DNA from: an uncultured Gammaproteobacteria bacterium
GTDB taxonomy: Bacteria; Patescibacteriota; Patescibacteriia; Magasanikbacterales; GWA2-37-8
DNA: 44,982 nt
Assembly: GCA_964355175.1 (NCBI GenBank)
Contig: CAYHBZ010000001.1
Location: 505,400 to 550,381, forward strand
Direction: 5' to 3'
In this document: piece after piece, positions 1 through 11,417 of the stretch
How the letters are laid out: every line of letters starts with the position of its first letter
Numbering within the stretch: the first letter of the stretch is position 1
Translations under genes and position numbers: made by a program
The notes under the pieces: model-generated
The model's database searches: none
What the model was told of the DNA's origin: nothing
Seen by the model: the letters and a program-made list of their open reading frames with translations, nothing else

Positions 1-549
1 AATTGATGACGAAACTTTCAAAATCGGTTTTATTACTGGAAATTTGTTCACCAACAATTTAGTCTCTTCTACTTTATCATTTATTAACCAAATTTTATCC
101 GCTCTTTCAAAATTTAAAATTTCTTCCAATATTTTTTCTTTAGATTCATCAGCCATGAAAACATGGGTAAAATAATCACGAATCTTGGCACCGCCTAATT
201 TAAGCTCCTGAAAATACGGATCACCCAAACTTAATAAAATCATCGATTGACCATATTTCTTTAATGACTCTAAAAAATCCACGGCATCAACAAATAAAAA
301 TTTTTGAAGATTGTCTGAAACCTGAGCTAATTTTTCAAAAACTTTATCTTCATCAAATTCGGCTAATGCCAAAAATTGGGCATGGCGACGATCATTATAA
401 GTAAATTTACCATTACTATCGCTATAAGCCTGTTTGTAAGTTTGCCAAAATAATTCCTCACCAACGCCAATACTTTTTAAAGCTTCAAGGCGGGCTAATT
501 TGAAAGCCTGAGTATCAAAAAGAGTGTCGTCAAAATCAATAATAAACAT
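1..549 (-). CDS. HAD-superfamily hydrolase (partial; C-terminus runs off the left window edge)
   Basis: Manual reverse translation from the ATG at 549-547 stays open to position 1 (MFIIDFDDTLFDTQAFKLARLEALKSIGVGEE...). It has the DxDxT motif I (DFDDT). The start lies 1 nt after the stop of the upstream TrmB-like gene. Confidence 0.6.
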   Translation of the reverse strand, partial: MFIIDFDDTLFDTQAFKLARLEALKSIGVGEELFWQTYKQAYSDSNGKFTYNDRRHAQFLALAEFDEDKVFEKLAQVSDNLQKFLFVDAVDFLESLKKYGQSMILLSLGDPYFQELKLGGAKIRDYFTHVFMADESKEKILEEILNFERADKIWLINDKVEETKLLVNKFPVIKPILKVSSSI

Positions 550-550
550 A

Positions 551-1288
551 CTAATCTAATTTATCCCACAGTGCGTCAAAAATTCCTCTCTGCGTTTGGT
601 GCACACCATCATTTTCTATCACTACCCCAATCAAATCACCTTGATTATTCAAAGAAATATAAGCGGTGTGGCCAGGATAGATGATAATATATGTCGGTGA
701 ATCTTTTTTTATTTGGAGCCATTTACGCTCATCGAGCCCACGCAATTCACCGCCGCCGCCAATGGCGATCGCTTTTACCGTAATACCTTTGGCAATACGC
801 GCGTCGGAAAACGACTCAAAGCCATCATACAAATACTCGCGGATACCAACATCAGAATAAACCCGATAAGATCGTTCGGCATTTTTTTCACACACTTCCA
901 AAACTTGCTCCAAAATTTTCTTAATTTCTCCTTTTTCATAATAGCGCGCTACCGGACGCTGACCGCCTTCATCGTGAACCGACTTGAGCTCCTTTACAAC
1001 ATCCTTCATCTTTCTGCCTACCTCTTGCAACTCATCACTCTGATTTTGGACTAACACTTGGAGTTTTTCAGGATCTTCGGCAACGAAAAATTGCTTTGAT
1101 TCCTTTTCATAATAATTTATAAGACCTATTTCCTTGAGCCACTTCAAACCGTCATATACGGTACCGCGATTTAAACTAGTTTTTTTGGCCAAAATACGAA
1201 CAGACGTTGGGCCAAGCCCAACAAGTGTCAAATAAATTTTGGAATTTTTATCGGAAAAACCAAGTTTTTTAAAGATGCTTAAGTCCAT
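551..1288 (-). CDS. TrmB-family winged-helix transcriptional regulator
   Basis: 245-aa ORF. The N-terminus (LGFSDKNSKIYLTLVGLGPTSVRILAKKTSLNRGTVYDGLKWLKEIGLI) matches the TrmB HTH pattern. Confidence 0.75.
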   Translation of the reverse strand: MDLSIFKKLGFSDKNSKIYLTLVGLGPTSVRILAKKTSLNRGTVYDGLKWLKEIGLINYYEKESKQFFVAEDPEKLQVLVQNQSDELQEVGRKMKDVVKELKSVHDEGGQRPVARYYEKGEIKKILEQVLEVCEKNAERSYRVYSDVGIREYLYDGFESFSDARIAKGITVKAIAIGGGGELRGLDERKWLQIKKDSPTYIIIYPGHTAYISLNNQGDLIGVVIENDGVHQTQRGIFDALWDKLD

Positions 1289-1330
1289 ATTTCTTTTATA
1301 TTAGCCAAATTTATTATACTATATAAAAAC

Positions 1331-1361
1331 AAAAACTGTCAAAATTTATTCGACAGTTTTT
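1331..1361. terminator. Intrinsic terminator hairpin (aaaaactgtc...gacagttttt), usable on both strands
   Basis: CTGTC/GACAG stem flanked by an A-run and a T-run, 37 nt downstream of the PRTase stop on the minus strand. Confidence 0.55.
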
Positions 1362-1397
1362 GTGGATAACTTAAATTTTAGCTAAAAAATGGCTTAC

Positions 1398-1946
1398 TTA
1401 AGCGATTTTTACTTTGGCACGAGGGTCCAGAATATTATTTCTAAGCTCTTTCCAAGGATAAATTGGCCACTCCACAATCTCTCGTCCGAAGTAATCCGGG
1501 CTAAATCCAGCCCAGGGCTGTTTATAAAGCACACAATATTTCACTTCAGCTGGATTTTTAATATCCATGTAAGCCTTTACCAACTTTAAGGTGGATCCAG
1601 ACACAGCCATTTCATCTACCACCAATACTTTCAAACCACTGACATCTTTGGTGAGTTCCTGAGAAATAATTGGTCGGTCGCGGAGCTCCTGGTCCTTGCC
1701 ATCTTTTTGAACAATAGAAAAATCCACCTTGATAACATACAATTGTTTGTTGCCCAAAGTATAGGCAATCATCGAAGCCGGAATAAGACCGGAGCGAGCG
1801 ATAGAAACAATAATATCCGGTTCAAAATTTTCTTGCTTCATTTTGGCAATGATTGTCAAAACATCTTCCTCCACATCTTGCCATGATAGATTAATTATTC
1901 CCTCACTTTTGTTGTAATATTCTTGAGCGATTGGATTCATGGTCAT
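1398..1946 (-). CDS. Type I phosphoribosyltransferase, xanthine-guanine PRTase (Gpt)-like
   Basis: PRPP-binding motif VLVVDEMAVSGSTL, an IARSGLIPASMIA segment, and a C-terminal PW motif laid out as in Gpt. Confidence 0.7.
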   Translation of the reverse strand: MTMNPIAQEYYNKSEGIINLSWQDVEEDVLTIIAKMKQENFEPDIIVSIARSGLIPASMIAYTLGNKQLYVIKVDFSIVQKDGKDQELRDRPIISQELTKDVSGLKVLVVDEMAVSGSTLKLVKAYMDIKNPAEVKYCVLYKQPWAGFSPDYFGREIVEWPIYPWKELRNNILDPRAKVKIA

Positions 1947-1949
1947 AAT

Positions 1950-2963
1950 TTATTCCATTTCAGAACTATAATTTCCTAAAGCGGCCGCCGAAGCTAATTT
2001 AGCGCGATGCGCAAAAATCTCTTGAGAAAATTTTGTATTCTCTTCCTTACCCAACCAATTTTTTATAGCACTATTTTGCAAAGCGCGTCCGTAAGAAAAA
2101 GTTAACTTCCAGGGCGAGTTTTTTTCTTTGGCCAATTTACTAATAGCGCTTAGATTTACACAAGATTCCATTTCACTTTGACCGCCAGACAAAAATACAA
2201 TACCAGGTACTTGAGCTGGAACAGTCTCGCTAAAACATTTCAAAGTTTTTTGAGCCACTTCATCGGCTGAAACTTTTTCTCCTTCCAAGCTATATATTGT
2301 CATATTTGGTTTTAATATCAAACCACCAAGATCAACATTGACTTTCTTCAATTCCGCAAATAAAGTAGTGAGGGTCTTGTGAGTTACTTCATAGCACCTG
2401 TCTATAGTATGGGTACCATCCATCAAAACTTCCGGCTCTACGATCGGCACAATTTTATTTGCCTGACACAAAACAGCATATTGGGTAAGAGTTTTACAAT
2501 TCTCCAAAATACATTCATCGCTTGGAATATTTTCACCAATATTAATGACAGCACGCCATTTGGCAAAACGAGCACCCATCTCATAGTATTCTTTCAATCT
2601 TGAATCGAGATTTTCATCCCATTTGGCTACTTGCTCGCCTGGACGGCCTTCCATATCTTTAAGTCCGATATCTACCTTAATACCAGGAATTACACCTTTG
2701 GAAGACAAGTACGAGGCAAGTGAAACACCCTGCGAAGTGGACTGACGAATAGTTTCATCAAATAAAATCACACCACTAATATATTGCTCCATGCCTGGGG
2801 CAGTAAACAACATTTCACGATAACGGCGATGATTTTCGGCCGAATCTTCAATACCTAATTTATCAAATTTCTTTTTAATACTTCCACTACTTTCATCTGC
2901 CGCCAAAAGCCCTTTGCCGTCCGCGACCATTGCCTTGGCAATTGCTTGCAAAGATTGTTCCAT
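1950..2963 (-). CDS. Fructose-bisphosphate aldolase, class I
   Basis: 337 aa. Contains LLAADESSGSIKKKF and the Schiff-base lysine context ILKPNM, both typical of class I aldolases. Confidence 0.9.
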   Translation of the reverse strand: MEQSLQAIAKAMVADGKGLLAADESSGSIKKKFDKLGIEDSAENHRRYREMLFTAPGMEQYISGVILFDETIRQSTSQGVSLASYLSSKGVIPGIKVDIGLKDMEGRPGEQVAKWDENLDSRLKEYYEMGARFAKWRAVINIGENIPSDECILENCKTLTQYAVLCQANKIVPIVEPEVLMDGTHTIDRCYEVTHKTLTTLFAELKKVNVDLGGLILKPNMTIYSLEGEKVSADEVAQKTLKCFSETVPAQVPGIVFLSGGQSEMESCVNLSAISKLAKEKNSPWKLTFSYGRALQNSAIKNWLGKEENTKFSQEIFAHRAKLASAAALGNYSSEME

Positions 2964-2967
2964 ATAA

Positions 2968-3948
2968 TTAATTATTTAAAAAATTTTGAATAATATTTTT
3001 ATTTCCCAAAAATACCGGTACGCGTTCATGTAATTTTTCTCCCACCACTTCAAGTAAACTCTTTTCTCCATCGGTAGATAATCCGCCGGCTTGTTCCACT
3101 ATATAAGCCATCGGCTTGGCCTCATAATTCAACCGAAGTTTTGGTTTAAATTCACCAGTTCCTTTTTTGTCTAAAGCCGGATACATAAAGATGCCGCCTG
3201 TTATAAGATTGCGGTGTACATCACCGACCATCGCAGCCACATAACGCAGAGAACATTTCAAATCATCTCGTAAAAAGTTTACAAATTTTTGATCACCAGC
3301 ACACAGATACTTTAAACTGCCTTCATTAAAACTATATGTATCACATTTATCTGGTATCATCATTTTTTCACGGGTCAATAAAAATTCTCCCAGCGATTGA
3401 TCCAAAGTAAACTCATAGACACCATCGCCCCAACTAAATATTAAAACCGTACTGGAACTGTATAAAATATAACCGGCTAAAACCTGATTCTTTCCCGGCT
3501 GTAAAAATTGACGTTCGTCACTACGATCAAATTCAGCCAAACGACGCTGTACAGAAAAAATTGTGCCAATCGGTAAATTCACTTCCACATTATGTGAACC
3601 ATCTAGAGGATCAAAGGCAATAATAAATTTAGCATCTTTGCCAAACTCGCCCATATCTACTACTTCGTCTTCTTCTTCACTGGCCATCGCCGCAAAATTT
3701 CCAGTTTGGCGCAAATAATCCTTACAAAGTTCATTACAAAAAATATCCAGCTTTTTTACTTCTTCTCCCTGCACATTTATCTTTTCAGCCGCACCAATCA
3801 TCCCTACCAAACCGGCTTTGTTGGTATGGGCCGAAATAATCTTGCCGATAGTAGATAAATCAGAAAGAATAGCCACTAAACCATCACGCTCAGGGTGATT
3901 TATAAGCTCTTTTATTAAAAATTGAGATAAAGTAAGAGGTAAATTCAT
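2968..3948 (-). CDS. fbp: Fructose-1,6-bisphosphatase, class I
   Basis: Motifs DPLDGSHNVEVN and KLRLNYEAKPMAYIVEQAGG. I place the start at the internal Met (MNLPLTLSQF..., ATG at 3948). The 57-codon upstream extension in the ORF track runs through a palindromic repeat next to the 5S gene. Confidence 0.85.
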   Translation of the reverse strand: MNLPLTLSQFLIKELINHPERDGLVAILSDLSTIGKIISAHTNKAGLVGMIGAAEKINVQGEEVKKLDIFCNELCKDYLRQTGNFAAMASEEEDEVVDMGEFGKDAKFIIAFDPLDGSHNVEVNLPIGTIFSVQRRLAEFDRSDERQFLQPGKNQVLAGYILYSSSTVLIFSWGDGVYEFTLDQSLGEFLLTREKMMIPDKCDTYSFNEGSLKYLCAGDQKFVNFLRDDLKCSLRYVAAMVGDVHRNLITGGIFMYPALDKKGTGEFKPKLRLNYEAKPMAYIVEQAGGLSTDGEKSLLEVVGEKLHERVPVFLGNKNIIQNFLNN

Positions 3949-3973
3949 ATACAATAATGGCCATATTTTACCA

Positions 3974-4188
3974 CTTCTAAAAACTAAAAACAAGCCAAAT
4001 ATTTCCCCCGAACGAACGCTGAAAATATTCGGAAATAATTTGAGAGTCTCTGGGCCGTGGCTGGCCCTGCTGTTTGAGCCCTCAGGCGAGTTCAGGGCCA
4101 GAGGTTCAGAGAGTTTCAAATTATCCGAATATTTTCATAGTGAGTGAGTGGGGAAATATTTGGCTTGTTTTTAGTTTTTATTTTGAAG
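3974..4188. repeat. Imperfect palindrome of about 215 bp (element E1) between 5S rRNA and fbp
   Basis: The arms include a perfect 30-nt complementary block (3979-4008 versus 4150-4179) and a second block tgaaaatattcgg. The GC-rich centre holds a ggccctg...cagggcc hairpin and the core gctgtttgagccctcaggcgagtt (4069-4092). Confidence 0.8.
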
Positions 4189-4206
4189 AAATAAAAAAAG
4201 AGTCAT

Positions 4207-4318
4207 TGTCCTGGCGACGGCCTACTTTTGCCTTGCGGCTATCATCGGCGCAGATGAGCTTAACTGCTGTGTTCGGGATGGGAACAGGTGTGACCTCATC
4301 GCTTGTGTCACCAAGACA
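4207..4318 (-). rRNA. rrf: 5S ribosomal RNA
   Basis: The reverse complement reads GTCTTGGTGAC...CCTGTTCCCATCCCGAACACAGCAGTTAAGC...GTCGCCAGGAC. This gives the conserved loop sequence and a closing helix I. Ends are good to about 3 nt. Confidence 0.9.
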
Positions 4319-4424
4319 CTGACTCTTTAATTGTTCAAACTTGAACTTAATAGGTAAACCATGCGCGTTATATTGAGAGTATATTGATATCTTTGCATTC
4401 GTTTAAGCACAACTCAGTGCTTCC

Positions 4425-7632
<3,208 letters not shown>

Positions 7633-7800
7633 AAAAACACTTAATTGTGCTTTGCGGTATCTTATATATTGGTAAACATTTTAATGTTTCCTACCCTATT
7701 TTTGCGTTGATTTACCTATTAAGTTGTCAAAGTTCTTTCCGTTACAACCAGATGATTGTTTTGAAGGTTTTCAACGCAATCATCTGAGAGTAAAAAGTGT

Positions 7801-7838
7801 GTAGAAAATAAAAGAGCCACTCTTGCAAGTGGCCCTCT
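7801..7838 (-). promoter_or_regulatory. Leader hairpin plus U-rich / boxA-like tract upstream of 23S
   Basis: The minus strand reads agagggccacttgcaagagtggctcttttattttctac. This is an 8-bp stem with a bulge followed by a U-tract. TGGCTCTTTTATT loosely resembles boxA (TGCTCTTTAACAA). It is either an sRNA terminator or an antitermination module. Confidence 0.4.
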
Positions 7839-8034
7839 AAAATATCAGATTAAGATCTGTATTTAGAACCACTTGGATATTCTGAGTAAGAATTTAACTG
7901 CAATGTAGACATTGTCTTTAAATTTTTGGTTACCGGCTAAATGTCGGTATAACCCAGAGGTCCAAGGGTACGCTTTCAACCATTATCTTTTGGACGTGGT
8001 CCTGAATAAATCAGGAGATTCAAACGTAATTGCG

Positions 8035-8063
8035 ATTATACAGGATGATCATCAGGCTGTCAA
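8035..8063 (-). promoter_or_regulatory. Consensus sigma70-type promoter (TTGACA-17 nt-TATAAT)
   Basis: The minus strand reads cTTGACAgcctgatgatcatcctgTATAATcg. It lies about 395 nt upstream of the 23S 5' end, with no CDS in between. Confidence 0.65.
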
Positions 8064-8141
8064 GAGCCTATACTGTGGAAAAAATGCGGGGGAAAAAATA
8101 GTCGTTTTTGGGCTATTTTAGAGGTTTTTTTGAATTTTCTA

Positions 8142-8501
8142 CTACATACTTAGATCTTTATCCACTGCTGCCCAATCCATATTATCCCCATCATTAAAAA
8201 TTTTTTCATTTACCACTTCACAAAAAGCCGTGTACTCCGGAAAAGTTTGACCAATTTTTTTAACTATATTCCTTATGGCTATTAAATTTTTGGTTTTTAC
8301 ATACCCACGCAGAACTTCTTTCGCTTCTTCGTCCAAACGCTTAGAGAGCGCTTTGAGAACCAAGCCGGGCGGCACTTCCTCCCCTTGCCCAATCTTACCA
8401 AAAAGATCATCGGCATTAGCCTCTTCTCTAGTTTTTCTAAAAACGCTTTCTAGCCTTGGGTATCGTCCACCAACAGGTCCACCCATATTTTTCTCAGGCA
8501 T
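8142..8501 (-). CDS. Hypothetical protein
   Basis: ORF with no recognisable motif. The start is moved to MPEKNMGG (8501) so it does not overlap the upstream Smr gene. Confidence 0.5.
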   Translation of the reverse strand: MPEKNMGGPVGGRYPRLESVFRKTREEANADDLFGKIGQGEEVPPGLVLKALSKRLDEEAKEVLRGYVKTKNLIAIRNIVKKIGQTFPEYTAFCEVVNEKIFNDGDNMDWAAVDKDLSM

Positions 8502-8506
8502 ATTTA

Positions 8507-8782
8507 TTAAAATAATATTATACAACTACCGCCTTCGTCTTTATAATCCACCACTACTTTATATTTTTTAAAACTGCCCAGCACCGCTTCACGCAAACGA
8601 CCAGTTCCTCCGCCATATATCACCCGAGCACTACCAGCATTTTTTTCTACACATTGATAAATAAAAATATCCAATTTTTCCAAGGCGTCACTAGGATAAA
8701 ACCCGTGCAAATCAAGGGTAGGTATAGAAGCACCGATTTCAGCGGCAAAAAATTTTGCGGAATTTTTATTCATCTGGTTCAA
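8507..8782 (-). CDS. Smr-domain protein (MutS2 C-terminal-like nuclease domain)
   Basis: 91 aa. Contains LDLHG...VIYGGGTGRLREAV, characteristic of Smr domains. Confidence 0.75.
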   Translation of the reverse strand: MNQMNKNSAKFFAAEIGASIPTLDLHGFYPSDALEKLDIFIYQCVEKNAGSARVIYGGGTGRLREAVLGSFKKYKVVVDYKDEGGSCIILF

Positions 8783-9427
8783 TTATTTCTTCAATTTTGC
8801 CCAATCATCCAAAAAGGTTTTAATACCAATATCGGTCAGAGGATGTTTAAACAATTGCTGTAAAACTTTAAAAGGAATAGTAGCCACCTGCGCGCCAGCC
8901 ACAGCCGCCTTTTGTACAGTGAGCGGACTACGGATAGAAGCTACCAAAATCTGCGAAGCAAAATTATAATTTTTAATTATAGCTACCGAGTCGGCAATCA
9001 TTTGCATTCCATCATCACCAATATCATCGAGGCGGCCAACAAACGGACTAATATAAGTAGCCCCTGCCTTGGCCGCTAGCAACACCTGATTGGCGGAAAA
9101 TACCAAAGTAACATTGGTTTTTATACCCAATTTTTTCACTTCTTTTACGGCTCTTAGGCCATCTGGAGTACAAGGAATTTTCACCACCACATTTTTGTGC
9201 CAAGTAGCCAATTCCTTGGCTTCTTCAATCATTTTATCGGCCTCGAGCGATATTACTTCAGCACTTACCGGACCATCTACAATATCGCAAATCTCCAGAA
9301 CTACCTGTTTGAAATCACGACCTTCTTTGGAAACAAGACTAGGATTGGTAGTCACACCATCCACCAAGCCCCAAGCGTGGGCGGTCTTAATTTCTTCAAT
9401 ATTGGCGGTATCGATAAAAAATTTCAT
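8783..9427 (-). CDS. Transaldolase / fructose-6-phosphate aldolase family (short TalC/Fsa type)
   Basis: [33 protein letters not shown] and [10 protein letters not shown]. The start is taken at MKFF (9427). Confidence 0.9.
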   Translation of the reverse strand: MKFFIDTANIEEIKTAHAWGLVDGVTTNPSLVSKEGRDFKQVVLEICDIVDGPVSAEVISLEADKMIEEAKELATWHKNVVVKIPCTPDGLRAVKEVKKLGIKTNVTLVFSANQVLLAAKAGATYISPFVGRLDDIGDDGMQMIADSVAIIKNYNFASQILVASIRSPLTVQKAAVAGAQVATIPFKVLQQLFKHPLTDIGIKTFLDDWAKLKK

Positions 9428-9454
9428 GTTATTGGTAATTATTTTAATATACAA

Positions 9455-9483
9455 ATAATAGCTGATTATAAAAATATTGGCAA
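9455..9483 (-). promoter_or_regulatory. Candidate promoter for the transaldolase gene (TTGCCA-17-TATTAT)
   Basis: Hexamers read on the minus strand at 9483-9478 and 9460-9455, with a 17-nt spacer. Confidence 0.4.
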
Positions 9484-9494
9484 GAAAAGAATTA

Positions 9495-9530
9495 AAAACA
9501 TCCCGACTTTAATCGGGATGTTTTATATTT
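9495..9530. terminator. Bidirectional intrinsic terminator (aaaacatcccga...tcgggatgtttt)
   Basis: 12-bp stem flanked by an A-run and a T-run. Confidence 0.65.
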
Positions 9531-9531
9531 T

Positions 9532-9560
9532 TTGGATCGCTCGCATCTTATAAATACAAT
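9532..9560 (+). promoter_or_regulatory. Candidate promoter TTGGAT-17-TACAAT pointing into the GC-rich island
   Basis: Hexamers at 9532-9537 and 9555-9560. The ORF-track start at 9532 is a TTG that coincides with the -35 box. Confidence 0.35.
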
Positions 9561-9978
9561 TTTTATATCTACAAGACGAGAGCGAGGATCCAAAGATACT
9601 GCACCGTCTGCCGAGTTACCCCAGCATACCTTTTTCAAGGCGGATCACGAATACGCACGCGGACCTCCTTTATTCCTCACCAACGAAAGCGAGAAACTGA
9701 TAGAACAACTCGATGTGGAGAGGGCGGCCCAGCGAAGGAGCGCCGAACGTGAAGATGTCGAGCAGATGCATGGCGTCGAACCTTCCGTCCGTCGCACGCC
9801 CCTTGGCTTCAGCGGCGATTTGCCGCCTGAGATCTTCAGAAACATTCCCGAAAGACTCATGATCGAGGAGGTGATCGAGAGCCGCGAGGAAATCTTCGAG
9901 AATTCGCACAAAATAGAAATTCAAGGCATGCCTTCTTGCCGTTGGGCGGTTGGTTGTCTGTGCGTACATATACACTAA
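9532..9978 (+). CDS. Candidate ORF in the GC-rich island (hypothetical, E/R-rich)
   Basis: Open frame, but with a TTG start and no in-frame ATG before 9768, and no Shine-Dalgarno. A plus-strand promoter and a weak downstream hairpin support this orientation. Confidence 0.25.
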   Translation: MDRSHLINTIFISTRRERGSKDTAPSAELPQHTFFKADHEYARGPPLFLTNESEKLIEQLDVERAAQRRSAEREDVEQMHGVEPSVRRTPLGFSGDLPPEIFRNIPERLMIEEVIESREEIFENSHKIEIQGMPSCRWAVGCLCVHIH

Positions 9979-9985
9979 AAAAACG
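9560..9985. other. Compositionally anomalous GC-rich island; coding strand unresolved
   Basis: There is an abrupt rise in G+C. My hand count over about 112 codons gives roughly 60% at codon position 3 and 63% at position 1 of the plus-strand frame. Both flanks are AT-rich. Terminator hairpins lie on both sides (9495-9530 and 9981-10001). Confidence 0.7.
9670..9969 (-). CDS. Candidate ORF in the GC-rich island (hypothetical, 99 aa, helical-looking)
   Basis: This is the codon-for-codon antisense of the plus ORF (MYAQTTNRPTARRHALNFYFVRILEDFLAALDHLL...). The longer track ORF to 10053 runs through tRNA-Leu, so I trimmed it. There is no SD and no room for a promoter after the tRNA terminator. Confidence 0.25.
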   Translation of the reverse strand: MYAQTTNRPTARRHALNFYFVRILEDFLAALDHLLDHESFGNVSEDLRRQIAAEAKGRATDGRFDAMHLLDIFTFGAPSLGRPLHIELFYQFLAFVGEE

Positions 9986-10026
9986 ATCTTGTCAATCGTT
10001 TTCGTGGTTTTTGTTAAATTAAATTG

Positions 10027-10107
10027 TGCCTGGGAGAGGACTTGAACCTCCACGCCTTACGGCACGGGCTTCTAAGACCCGCGTGTATACCATTTCACCA
10101 CCCAGGC
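10027..10107 (-). tRNA. tRNA-Leu (anticodon UAG), class II with long variable arm; CCA not encoded
   Basis: Cloverleaf folded by hand. Acceptor GCCTGGG/CCCAGGC, anticodon loop CTTAGAA, 13-nt variable arm, T-loop TTCAAGT. Confidence 0.9.
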
Positions 10108-10196
10108 TAATATGGCCATATTTAACCATATTCTTTTTAAAAAAACAAGACTAAACAAAAAAACCCGATTAAATCAGGATTTTCTGTCCAACCAAC

Positions 10197-11417
10197 TTAT
10201 AGTTTATTTACAAAATCTTTATAACCAAAAGTTTTTACCACTTTATATTTTCCTTTTTTATCCAGAATACCGATATTTGGCAACGGGATACCATTGAAAG
10301 TGGTATTTTTTACAAAGGTATAGAGAGCCATGTCGGTAAATAAAAGCTTTTGTCCCGGCTGGATAGGAGCATCAAAAGAATAATCTCCAAAAGTATCACC
10401 GGCCAAACAAGACGGACCACCGATACGATAAAGATTTTTCTTTACCGGGCCCTTGGCAGCATCGATGATGCAAGGCTGATAAGGCATACCAAGCACATCC
10501 GGAGTATGAGTTTCAGCCGAAGCGTCCACGATAGCCACATGGCCTTTATTTTCAATAATATCCAGGACAGTGGTAGCAAAATAACCAGCATTGAGTACTA
10601 CACCTTCGCCCGGTTCCATATAAACCTGAATTTTATATTTTGATTTTAAATTTTTAATCAAACGAATAAGCAAGTCAAGTTTATAATCTTTCCTAGTCAC
10701 ATGATGGCCGCCACCAATATTGACCCATTTTAATTTTGGTAAATATTTACCAAAATCAGCTTCAAATTTTTTCAAAACTTCTTCCAGAGAATCAGCGTCT
10801 TGTTCGCACAGAGCATGAAAATGAAAACCATCAATAAGAGAAAGATCTTCACCTTTAAATTGTTCAGCAATCACACCCAAACGAGATTTAGCCACACATG
10901 GACTATATAAAAGCTTTGGGGATTTAGACAACATTGGATTAATGCGCAAACCCACTTGCTTGCCGGCTTTCTTTACCATCGCCGCGTATTTACGAACTTG
11001 GTTAAAAGAATTAAAGATAACAGTGTCAGAATATTTTATGACATCTTTAATATCTTTGTCGGTAAAAGCTGGCGAAAAGGTATGAACTTCTTTTTTGAAA
11101 TCTTCGCGACCCAGTCGAGCTTCGTAGATTCCGCTGGCACAGGCACCATCTAAATATTTGCCAATTAGAGGAAAAGTAGCCCGCAAAGAAAATGCCTTTA
11201 GGGCAATTAAGATTTTACAGCCGGTTTCATTTTTTACTTTTTTCAAAATCTTTAAATTCTCTTCGAGCACTGCTTCGTCGATAATATAAGCCGGTGTTTG
11301 AATATTTGCGGTTTGTTTTACAACATCACGCAAATGATTCAAAGTAACATGCGAAGGAAAAGTAAAATAAGAATCTGGAAATTTGTATTCATTTTTCATA
11401 AAATATTTTATTCCCAT
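10197..11417 (-). CDS. nspC: Carboxynorspermidine/carboxyspermidine decarboxylase
   Basis: PLP-dependent fold-III decarboxylase. Contains TPAYIIDEAVLEENLKIL, LKAFS, NIGGGHH and GPSCLAGD, and sits next to CANSDH. An alternative start is MKNEYKF at 11399. Confidence 0.85.
   Translation of the reverse strand: MGIKYFMKNEYKFPDSYFTFPSHVTLNHLRDVVKQTANIQTPAYIIDEAVLEENLKILKKVKNETGCKILIALKAFSLRATFPLIGKYLDGACASGIYEARLGREDFKKEVHTFSPAFTDKDIKDVIKYSDTVIFNSFNQVRKYAAMVKKAGKQVGLRINPMLSKSPKLLYSPCVAKSRLGVIAEQFKGEDLSLIDGFHFHALCEQDADSLEEVLKKFEADFGKYLPKLKWVNIGGGHHVTRKDYKLDLLIRLIKNLKSKYKIQVYMEPGEGVVLNAGYFATTVLDIIENKGHVAIVDASAETHTPDVLGMPYQPCIIDAAKGPVKKNLYRIGGPSCLAGDTFGDYSFDAPIQPGQKLLFTDMALYTFVKNTTFNGIPLPNIGILDKKGKYKVVKTFGYKDFVNKL

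Noticed and set aside
3949-4322. N-terminal 57-codon extension of the FBPase ORF (to 4119) and the plus-strand ORF 4074-4322
   Set aside because: The extension is encoded by the E1 palindrome. The plus ORF runs through E1 into the 5S rRNA gene. The conserved FBPase sequence begins at the internal Met (3948).
7912-8121. 69-aa plus-strand ORF in the rRNA leader region
   Set aside because: It is antisense to the consensus promoter and leader, with no RBS. The region is more likely non-coding.
9645-9911. Third ORF (88 aa, Ser-rich) in the small GC-rich island
   Set aside because: Its Ser/Cys-rich low-complexity composition is typical of an out-of-frame reading. It has no start context.
9540-10027. 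Direct-repeat (att-like) duplication of the tRNA-Leu 3' end at the far side of the GC-rich island
   Set aside because: I found no copy of the tRNA 3' segment (gaggacttgaacctcc / tgcctggg) near 9540-9600, and the window has no integrase gene. Integration therefore remains only a positional suspicion.
9970-10053. Upstream part of the minus-strand ORF 9670-10053
   Set aside because: It reads through the tRNA-Leu gene and its terminator. Only the portion from the Met at 9969 could be considered.
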